Shown piece after piece: positions 1-7,049 of a stretch of 14,772 nt of DNA. A model generated the notes under the pieces. That model worked only from the letters and a program-made list of their open reading frames with translations, made no database searches and was not told the DNA's origin. The position numbers and the translations under genes were made by a program. Position 1 is the stretch's first letter. Each line of letters opens with the position of its first letter. Source of the stretch: Bdellovibrionota bacterium (GTDB lineage: Bacteria; Bdellovibrionota; UBA1018; UBA923); contig JBFMCE010000095.1 in assembly GCA_040754655.1 (NCBI GenBank), positions 1 through 14,772 of the forward strand, read 5' to 3'.

Positions 1-370
1 TGGGAGAAAGTCGTTCGCCTAGTGAAAACTTTTTGAAAAACCCAAGATTTTCAAGGTCTTATATGATGCATCGCAGCTAACGCTGCGAGCTACAAATGTA
101 TTTTTTCGGCACTCTAAAATTATCTGCGGCACCTCAAAAATCTGGACGAAATTAAAGCAAGTATACTTGAGTCGTTTGTTTTTTTAGGGACGACTTTTCT
201 CGGCTCGTTTAGGGCATGTAGGAGCTGCTTCTGCATAGCAGATTTGCACGCATCTAAACCTGGTAGAGCGGTACGTACTTCAAGAGCAATAACTAACGCA
301 TGGCGGTGAACAGGTGTAGATATTGAATAGGTACTGCTCCAGGCAGTTAAGGGTCTGGTCTGCGGATGTC

Positions 371-406
371 ATTTATTGGTGATAAGTTTAATTATCACCA
401 ATAAAT
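371..406. repeat. Perfect 15-bp inverted repeat with 6-bp spacer; candidate tyrosine-recombinase (dif/res-like) core site
   Basis: ATTTATTGGTGATAA (371-385), spacer GTTTAA (386-391), TTATCACCAATAAAT (392-406); the arms are exact reverse complements. The inner ATAA-N6-TTAT matches the dif/Xer core geometry. The repeat is certain; the function is inferred. Confidence 0.75.
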
Positions 407-536
407 ATCAGCCAATAAAACGAGTTTGTGGTCTTATGGTCGACCCCGTGATCAAGTAGCAGTTGTCACAGAGTTATAGAGATGTGGCAGAAGGGGGGCT
501 ATTTCGAAGGTGCCGCCGAAACTTGAGTCGGCTTGA

Positions 537-778
537 TCACTTGATACAATTCTCAATAAGCAGCTTGCCTACTCTAGAAAATTCTTTTTGATCATTGGTG
601 ACAAAACTTCAGAATTTTTCTGTGGATAGCTGCTCTTTTCAGCCCCATAGCGAAGTTCGCCAAGAGTAATAGATGAAATGGCGATTTCTGTCACTTTATG
701 ACGCTGAATGTTCTTAAGAAGAACCTCAGATTGTTCTCTAATGAGGTAGATGCAAATATTGGTGTCCAATAAATACAT
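537..778 (-). pseudogene. vapC: PIN-domain toxin VapC, internally deleted and frameshifted
   Basis: N-terminus MYLLDTNICIYLI...ISSITLGELRYGAEKS is typical VapC. The frame stops at 569 after 69 aa, but the typical C-terminus VTNDQKEFSRVGKLLIENCIK* is present in another frame (about 602 to TGA at 539-537), joined directly after KNSEVL. The ATG overlaps the vapB stop (TGATG). Confidence 0.9.
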
Positions 779-946
779 CAGTTAAAGAGTCCTTTGCGCT
801 TTTGGTGCTGGGGTTGTTGTCGTTCTTTCATGAGATCAGCGGAGAATTGGCTTAAGGTTGCAATTAGGAGCTGCCTAAGGATGATCTTGCGGGAGAAGCA
901 CGATTGCATTTCCAATCTTACGAATGAAAACTTCATCGGCCTCAAA
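778..946 (-). pseudogene. vapB: AbrB/VagC-type antitoxin VapB remnant (5'-truncated, +1 frameshift)
   Basis: Minus strand reads FEADEVFIRKIGNAIVLLPQDHP then TAG (877-875). Removing base 876 gives CCT TGG CAG = P-W-QLLIATLSQFSADLMKERQQPQHQKRKGLFN*, a typical VapB C-half. The usual N-terminal GRSQAVRLPK segment is not found upstream. Confidence 0.85.
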
Positions 947-1092
947 CCATTCCGACAAAGAGTTGAAATAAATGATCTTTTTTGAAGGTTCGCCGTCGTC
1001 TGTTTCGTGGGTGACACAGGTCAAACTTGCCTACATTTACTCCTTTTCAAGATGGTTTTAGGTCTTATTTGTTTTTCCCGATTATTTTTAAT

Positions 1093-1839
1093 ATGGGTAA
1101 GAAGTCTGTTCCGTTCAAAATCAAACCATTGTTTTTTTTAATTACTCTAATTGGATTAGCCCCTTTTTCCTTAGAAGCTGCTGATGGATGCCTATCGCGG
1201 GTTATTAGACCTTTAATTGGAAGCCAGGCTACTGAGTACATTAATGATTCCGTTGAGCTCATTTGGTATCCGAGAGCTGGATATGTTTTACTCTCACATT
1301 ACGAGCTTGGAATAGATGGCAAACTTTATTCAGCATTAATGGGCCTTGAGAAAAAAACCACAATAGAAGTAGCAACAAGAGCTGCAAAAAGCGGAGGAAA
1401 GGGCTTTTTTCGCTTCAAGCTTAGAGTTACGGCAGATGAGTTGGATCGGCTCAAGAATTATGTTGATAGCAATTTAAATAAGCCACGTTTTCAAATGTGT
1501 GTTGGTGGTGTTTGTAAAGTAATCACGAAAAATACGAGGGCCGTAATTCCATTTCCATTCTCAAAGGTCCCAACGCTGAATGCAATTTATCTTACAGTGG
1601 CTCACAAGCTTGGTTATTCGAGGATCGTTGGTATTGAATATGTAGGGAAAAGTGCGATTAGGAATCTTATTACTACCGAGATTCCCTATGAGCTATGGTT
1701 CACTTATCAATGGGCTAAGCCTGTGGGATTAGCTATTGTTTGGGCTTATAATGAAAGAAATGAATTGATTCGATTAATCGTTCCGATCGAAAGTAACAGT
1801 TCAGAAGAGCCTGAGAGCGATGAAACCGCGCCTGGTTAG
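1093..1839 (+). CDS. Secreted hypothetical protein, possible permuted papain-like (His...Cys) fold
   Basis: ORF 1027-1839. ATG at 1093 gives MGKKSVPFKIKPLFFLITLIGLAPFSLEA, a signal-peptide-like start. Contains the motifs SHYELGIDGKLYS and LRVTADELDRLKNY...FQMC. Visibly AT-richer than the downstream genes. Confidence 0.75.
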   Translation: MGKKSVPFKIKPLFFLITLIGLAPFSLEAADGCLSRVIRPLIGSQATEYINDSVELIWYPRAGYVLLSHYELGIDGKLYSALMGLEKKTTIEVATRAAKSGGKGFFRFKLRVTADELDRLKNYVDSNLNKPRFQMCVGGVCKVITKNTRAVIPFPFSKVPTLNAIYLTVAHKLGYSRIVGIEYVGKSAIRNLITTEIPYELWFTYQWAKPVGLAIVWAYNERNELIRLIVPIESNSSEEPESDETAPG

Positions 1840-1986
1840 CTTACTTTGTGCTAACCCGTGTCATTTGCGATGGTGCGCAAGCGTCTCAGATTAAAGTCTT
1901 TTACCTGGTAGCGTTTCGAACTATGTAGTTTGAAACCTCCAATCTTTTGTTCGCCTGTAAGTGCTCTTTTCTTTTCGTGCTGAGCT

Positions 1987-2011
1987 TGCGATAATCCGAA
2001 TACAAGAGGGG
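1987..2011 (+). promoter_or_regulatory. Possible extended -10 element and Shine-Dalgarno for the recombinase gene
   Basis: TG-C-GATAAT at 1987-1995 (one mismatch to TGnTATAAT) and AAGAGGGG at 2004-2011, 5 nt before TTG 2017. Confidence 0.4.
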
Positions 2012-2016
2012 ATTCT

Positions 2017-3297
2017 TTGAACGTTGTACGGCTTCTCGCGCAATTCTGTCTTGCACTCTGGTATTCCGCTCACGCTGGAGCAAGCGAGTTTCGGCAAGCC
2101 ATGCGCGACTATCTTTTGCCTGCGGACGGAAGTACACCAAGAAAGTTTGAGAGGAAGCCACTAGAACAAAGTGCAGATCACGGATTGCCGATAGCGGTTC
2201 GGGATTCCGTGCCCGTAACAGAATCCGAATCCAATTCCGAGGTCCGTGAACCGTTAACCGTTAACCGTCATCCGCAAACCGAACCCATTGTTTCACCAGT
2301 TCCCAATATTTTCCCTGTGCCAGCCGTCGCAACTGATTCTGCTGATTACGAAGTGATCGGCCTTTCAAATTGGAATACCCAAGCTTTTTGGGCTCATCTT
2401 GATTCTTTTCTTCAGGCACAGAACAGTGCCCATACCCGCAGAGCGTATGAACTCGACCTTATCGATTTTCTTTCGTACCTCAAGACGACCAGTAAACCGA
2501 TGAACGTGCACACCCTTATTGAGTACCGTGAAACCTTGCGCGTGCGCACGAGCAGTCGCACTGGGCAGCCTTTGTCTCATGTCTCGATCAACCGAAAAAT
2601 CGCGACCTTGAAATCGTTTCTTAATTGGCTTGTTTTGAACGGTGTGCTTCCTAACAATCCGGCAAAAGCAGTGAAGAGTTTTCGCGCGGGGCGCGAGTCT
2701 CCGACGCGTGATATTCCCAATGATCGCGTGAGGCAAATGCTCACCCTGCCACACCGCCACACCGTCGCCGGGCGGATGCACCACGCGATGCTGATGGTCT
2801 TGTTTCACCTTGGCCTGCGCAGGGCCGAGCTCATCGGACTTCGTACTTCAGATCTTTTTGAGCAAGAAGGCATGCGTGTGATTCGTGTGCGTGGCAAAGG
2901 CGATAAGGAGAGAGTCTTGCCTTTGACCCCAGAGGTCGCAAAGAGCATTGATACTTACCTTGAAATGTCACGCAAAGACGTTGCTGTTGATCAGCCTTTG
3001 TTCACTCCGGTAAAAAACAATGTCACCAAGACCAAAGACAAACCGCTGCATCCAAATGCAGTAGCCTATGTGGTGAAACACTATGCCGCGATGGCGGGCG
3101 TGCAATACCGAGTCTCGCCCCATTCCGCCCGCGCGACTGCCGTTTCAAATGCTCTAGACAATTTGGCCCCGCACCGCGCAGTGCAACACATGGCGGGTTG
3201 GAGTTCTCCGCTCATGGTGACGCGCTACGACAAGCGCAAACAGGAGCTTCGCAATTCCGCTGTGAAGTTCGTCCGTTACCAAGAAGAACAAGAATAG
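2017..3297 (+). CDS. Tyrosine-type site-specific recombinase/integrase with long N-terminal extension
   Basis: SAM-like core-binding domain (SAHTRRAYELDL...SINRKIATLKSFLNWL...NNPA) and a complete catalytic set: GLRRAEL (R), RGKGDKER (K), HSAR (HxxR), MAGW (W in place of the second His), TRYD (Y). The start is uncertain (TTG 2017 vs ATG 2101 or later). Confidence 0.93.
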   Translation: MNVVRLLAQFCLALWYSAHAGASEFRQAMRDYLLPADGSTPRKFERKPLEQSADHGLPIAVRDSVPVTESESNSEVREPLTVNRHPQTEPIVSPVPNIFPVPAVATDSADYEVIGLSNWNTQAFWAHLDSFLQAQNSAHTRRAYELDLIDFLSYLKTTSKPMNVHTLIEYRETLRVRTSSRTGQPLSHVSINRKIATLKSFLNWLVLNGVLPNNPAKAVKSFRAGRESPTRDIPNDRVRQMLTLPHRHTVAGRMHHAMLMVLFHLGLRRAELIGLRTSDLFEQEGMRVIRVRGKGDKERVLPLTPEVAKSIDTYLEMSRKDVAVDQPLFTPVKNNVTKTKDKPLHPNAVAYVVKHYAAMAGVQYRVSPHSARATAVSNALDNLAPHRAVQHMAGWSSPLMVTRYDKRKQELRNSAVKFVRYQEEQE

Positions 3298-3419
3298 AAC
3301 TGAAATAAATTTCCCCCAAGCCAAAGCGCGTGACATTTTGGTGGGAAGACACCTAATGTGTGCTCCATATCTTTTTAGGGATTAATAAACAGGACTTTGT
3401 TGGTTGGGGGCGTTCAACA

Positions 3420-4730
3420 ATGAATCGGTTTCACGTTTTCATCAAGCCATTCTTCATCACCGCCTTGCTCTTATTTTCTGCGCCAGCCTTTGCTGAAGAG
3501 ACACACAAAACGAAGGCTTTCTTTAATTGTTATCTTACGAATGGCGTTTTGTGTGAGGATCTTGAAAAACGTTATTTTCTCAGCGACTCCCGCGTTGCTC
3601 CGGCTTCGGAAAAAGATTCTGATGTCATCATTACAGTACGGGTCTTGGTTTTGAGCTCGGGCCAAGATCAAATGCAAATCACCTACACCTCGAAGCGCGG
3701 CCTTTTTAAGGAATACGTGCTTGACGGCGAACTCTTTCAAATCCGCAGCACTCTCCCCATAGAGGCAAAACTAGAGGGTTTTCTAAAACACATCATCGCT
3801 GGCGCTTCACCGGTGCATCAGCTCAGTGACTATCGAAGAGATCCGGAAGGCCACATGCTGCTGAGCTTTAAGGCAAAAGAAGGTGCTGTCATATCCTCGG
3901 CGGCTTCACCAGAGCAGCCCTGGTATTTTATCTTAGGAGGCGGTTTGAATATCAGCGCTTCCGATGCTCGAGTCATTTCTGGAAGCGCTGGTCTTGGCGG
4001 CGGGTACACCGATTCTGAGTGGTTTGGAGGAGCTGGAGCCGATATCCATTACCACCACGTCAAGGTTGAGGAGCAAGGGCAGACTCACTCGGCAGATAAC
4101 GCGAGGATTTTTGGAGGGGCTCAGATCGGGCGATCTCTATCTGAACATTGGAGCGTGGCGTTGATCGTTCGGGGTACCCATGACCCAAGCGCAAACTGGA
4201 AATCAAGGATGCAGGCACATGCTGGCATTGAGTATGAACTCGTTCCTTTTCTCACTGACAATGGCAATACCCTAACGGTGAGTTATCTCATTGGTGCCAA
4301 CCATGAGAGGTTCTTTCATGAGAACATTGAAGGCGATCTTGAAAAGGTTTTTGCAACTCATGCGATGAGCATCAACTTTGTGAAGGTGTTTGAGAACGTG
4401 CAGTTCAACGTTGCCGCCGGTGTCGCCTCTCTGGTCAATCGTCCCCGGCAATTCGCTGTCGGCGGAAATGCGGGCGTCGTGTTCTATGTGACTCGAACGC
4501 TGAGTTTCCAAGTTCAAGGCAATGTCGGTTACAAACGCAATATCGTGAATGCGCCTCGAGATGAAAATGCGATTGACCCTTTTCTTTCCGCCATTGGCGC
4601 CGGCGGCAACGTTGCGCCTCTGACCTACTCAGTTACTTTCGGGGTAAAGTATTCGCTGGGAAACACCGTGCGCGAACAGAAGGATGTGCGATGGAACCTG
4701 TCGCCTACGTCACTTCCGATCAATTTCTGA
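3420..4730 (+). CDS. Putative outer-membrane beta-barrel protein (DUF481-like), secreted
   Basis: ATG 3420 gives the signal peptide MNRFHVFIKPFFITALLLFSAPAFA. The C-terminal two-thirds has alternating hydrophobic/Gly/aromatic beta-strand patterns (GRSLSEHWSVAL, AGIEYELVPF, TYSVTFGVKYSLG). Family name is recalled, not searched. Confidence 0.75.
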   Translation: MNRFHVFIKPFFITALLLFSAPAFAEETHKTKAFFNCYLTNGVLCEDLEKRYFLSDSRVAPASEKDSDVIITVRVLVLSSGQDQMQITYTSKRGLFKEYVLDGELFQIRSTLPIEAKLEGFLKHIIAGASPVHQLSDYRRDPEGHMLLSFKAKEGAVISSAASPEQPWYFILGGGLNISASDARVISGSAGLGGGYTDSEWFGGAGADIHYHHVKVEEQGQTHSADNARIFGGAQIGRSLSEHWSVALIVRGTHDPSANWKSRMQAHAGIEYELVPFLTDNGNTLTVSYLIGANHERFFHENIEGDLEKVFATHAMSINFVKVFENVQFNVAAGVASLVNRPRQFAVGGNAGVVFYVTRTLSFQVQGNVGYKRNIVNAPRDENAIDPFLSAIGAGGNVAPLTYSVTFGVKYSLGNTVREQKDVRWNLSPTSLPINF

Positions 4731-5729
4731 TTACCGATCATGATCGTTTGGCTTGAGAAGCATTTCACAAAAGCTCATCGCACGAATGCTCCACCAGCGC
4801 GCGAACGTTTTGACCGGCATTTCCGCTTTGTCTTTGAGACTCAATGCCGATACCGCGTCAGCAGCCGCTCTGACGCGGAAAGAATAGCGTTCGTCGGCAG
4901 CATCTCGGATGCCGTGCCTTTCTAACATTTCTTCAATCACATCGAGAATCAAAGGATGGTCAAAACCGTTTCGCGCCAAAAGTAAGGCTGCAGCGACTCG
5001 GACCTCTGGGTTTTTCTCGACAAGAAGAAAGGCAAAATGTCTGAGTATGACGGCGTCAATATTGGTGAAACGACTGAGAACTAGCAGGCTATCACGTTGG
5101 AGCGTAGGATTTGCGCTTTCATTGAATGCCAGGCGCATGAGGTTTCGTGAAAGAGGTTCATTTTCCCAGAGCTTCTTTAGAATGATTTCCTGCTTTGGGA
5201 AGCTCAAACCTTCTAAGCCGAGAAGGTAGCGGTAGAAGAGTTCGGCGATACTTGCATGCCTATCTGGTACGTTTGATATTTCGGTTTCTTGGCTCGACAT
5301 GAGGAACTCAAGAAACAATTTCCCATATTCAATGGCCAAGGCGGCATCGTTTGGCGGAGGCGCATCCGCAATGCCTTCAAGAAAAGGCCGATGCTCTCTA
5401 AGTGGAATAGTTCTTATGAAATCAATCACCCTCTTCATTAGGGCTCGATCATGGTTTCCGTTGCGAACTAGAGCCAAATAGAGCGCATCTCGGTACTCTT
5501 CTTTGTGCTTGTCTGGGTTCCACTTTTCATCGATCAAGCGCGTAATTTCATTTAACGCATGATTGCGTTCGGCTAAACTCACGTGAACAGATGCACCTTC
5601 TAAGGTTTGCAGTGCTGTTCTAAAACGTCCAATTCGCTCGACGTCTCGCGCTTGGTCATTTGCCAAGAGCGTGCAAGAGGCCAGAAAAACGACAGCAACT
5701 ATCCCCGTTAAAGATCCCATTATTTTCAA
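4731..5729 (-). CDS. Alpha-helical HEAT-like repeat protein, probable lipoprotein or secreted protein
   Basis: 332-aa ORF with a hydrophobic N-terminus and LASC lipobox-like motif. HEAT-like segments EKNPEVRVAAALLLAR and SFRVRAAADAVSAL. Start is TTG 5729 or ATG 5720. Its stop abuts the stop of the convergent gene with no gap. Confidence 0.75.
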   Translation of the reverse strand: MKIMGSLTGIVAVVFLASCTLLANDQARDVERIGRFRTALQTLEGASVHVSLAERNHALNEITRLIDEKWNPDKHKEEYRDALYLALVRNGNHDRALMKRVIDFIRTIPLREHRPFLEGIADAPPPNDAALAIEYGKLFLEFLMSSQETEISNVPDRHASIAELFYRYLLGLEGLSFPKQEIILKKLWENEPLSRNLMRLAFNESANPTLQRDSLLVLSRFTNIDAVILRHFAFLLVEKNPEVRVAAALLLARNGFDHPLILDVIEEMLERHGIRDAADERYSFRVRAAADAVSALSLKDKAEMPVKTFARWWSIRAMSFCEMLLKPNDHDR

Positions 5730-5816
5730 TTAGCGCGCAGAGTCAAAAAAATCTATCAGAATCTCTTTTATACTCTCGCCAAATCCCAAGATTCTTTGCC
5801 AAATTGTAGAATACCT

Positions 5817-7049
5817 ATGTCTGCTTTGAAGATCTCGGATCGAAACTTAAGGTTCTTCTCGAGGAAAAAGACTTTCGCGATCTTTCCTTTGGTTTTCTTC
5901 GCGGCGCTTTTGATCAGCCGTGTTCATTTGCCTGAAAACCTAGTTTTTGATGAGATCCATTACGTTCCCGCGGCGAAATCCCTCATTTTGTTTCAAGACA
6001 ATTTGAATTGGGTTCATCCACCCTTAGGAAAGTTGATTTTGGGCGCCGGATGGTGGGTGTTCACAAAGTCGCTTCATCTCTTGAGCGAACCCACAGTGTT
6101 TCGGTGGATGACTCTTGTATTTGGTCTTTGGGTGCTTTGGGCTGTTCGGGGCCTCTTGCTTGCGTTGGGATACTCTCAAACGGCCACTGCTGCCGCGGTC
6201 TGGCTTACGGGCTTCAATGGCCTTTGGTTCGTGCAAAGCAAAATCGCGATGCTCGATATTTTCTATGTCGCATTTGGAATCTGGGGATTGCTTGAAATCC
6301 ATCGCCAGCGATTAAGAGGCTGGCTTCACCTTGGACTTGCATTGGCGTGCAAATGGGCGGCTCTACCGTTTTTTGCGATCGGGCTTTTTATGGGCTTCAA
6401 TAAACGCCCGGGCCGTTTGTTCTTAGGCCTAGGCCTGGCGTTTGCCGCTTATTTCGTTTGTTTTATACCGCTCGTTTTTCTAGAGAAAAACGCTGTCCCC
6501 TTGGGTTCATTTTTCAGCTATCATACTCAAATGCTTGAGGGGTTTTCTCACCTTATCGAGAACACCCATCCTTATGCCTCAAGCTGGTGGCAATGGCCTA
6601 CCCTCTTGCGTCCTCTCTGGTATGCTTTTGACGATCAATCAACGGCTGAGCATGCGGTTTGGGCTGGTGGAAACCCTCTGCTCTATTGGCCAGCGCTCCC
6701 TCTTCTCGTTTGTGTCTTGTACTTTGGGCTCTTCAAGAAGGATCAACAGGCACGCTTGTTGAGTCTCTTGTACTGGGTGCCGCTGTTGTTCTGGGCGTTT
6801 TCATCCCGCAAATTGCAGCTCTATTATTACTATCTTCCATCAAGCATTTGGGTGGGCGCGGTTTTTGTGTGGGCTCACGAAAAAGCATGGGGTCAGTACA
6901 GCGCTTTGAGAAGATCTCGGGGATGGACGCTTGCGGGCTACGTGCTTCTTTGCGGGGCCACGTTTCTGTATTTCCTGCCTGTCATGGACGGACGAGCTCT
7001 TTTGCCGGGTCGGCATCTTCTTTATATGTGGCTTCAGAGCTGGATTTAA
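5817..7049 (+). CDS. Phospholipid-carrier-dependent glycosyltransferase, PMT/GT39 family (protein O-mannosyltransferase-like)
   Basis: Polytopic membrane protein with the PMT signatures VFDEIHY, HPPLGK, SKIAMLDIF, ACKW, HPYASSWWQWP, GGNPLL and YYYYLP. ATG 5817 preferred over TTG 5796. Confidence 0.88.
   Translation: MSALKISDRNLRFFSRKKTFAIFPLVFFAALLISRVHLPENLVFDEIHYVPAAKSLILFQDNLNWVHPPLGKLILGAGWWVFTKSLHLLSEPTVFRWMTLVFGLWVLWAVRGLLLALGYSQTATAAAVWLTGFNGLWFVQSKIAMLDIFYVAFGIWGLLEIHRQRLRGWLHLGLALACKWAALPFFAIGLFMGFNKRPGRLFLGLGLAFAAYFVCFIPLVFLEKNAVPLGSFFSYHTQMLEGFSHLIENTHPYASSWWQWPTLLRPLWYAFDDQSTAEHAVWAGGNPLLYWPALPLLVCVLYFGLFKKDQQARLLSLLYWVPLLFWAFSSRKLQLYYYYLPSSIWVGAVFVWAHEKAWGQYSALRRSRGWTLAGYVLLCGATFLYFLPVMDGRALLPGRHLLYMWLQSWI

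Noticed and set aside
291..351. Possible integron attC (AACTAAC...GTTAAGG)
   Set aside because: Both ends mismatch the RYYYAAC/GTTRRRY consensus, there is no convincing internal stem, and neither recombinase shows the IntI-specific insertion.
165..530. 10-bp direct repeat ACTTGAGTCG at 165-174 and 521-530 as a target-site duplication
   Set aside because: Borderline by chance, and no terminal inverted repeats lie directly inside the two copies.
778..1017. 79-aa ORF as an intact antitoxin
   Set aside because: Only the part after the frameshift at 876 is VapB-like; the VapB middle lies in a different frame, so the ORF is a chimera.
1872..1879. GGTGCGCA, matching the start of E. coli dif
   Set aside because: Only 8 bp, with no ATAA-N6-TTAT core or XerD arm following; expected by chance.
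2250..2268. Short tandem repeat ACCGTTA x2.7 in the recombinase extension
   Set aside because: Too short to support a CRISPR or contingency-locus call; lies in low-complexity coding sequence.
3312..3323. 12-bp inverted match TTCCCCCAAGCC with GGCTTGGGGGAA upstream of livH (about 9236-9247)
   Set aside because: Several 12-mer matches are expected by chance in 15 kb, and the livH copy is explained as a ribosome-binding region.
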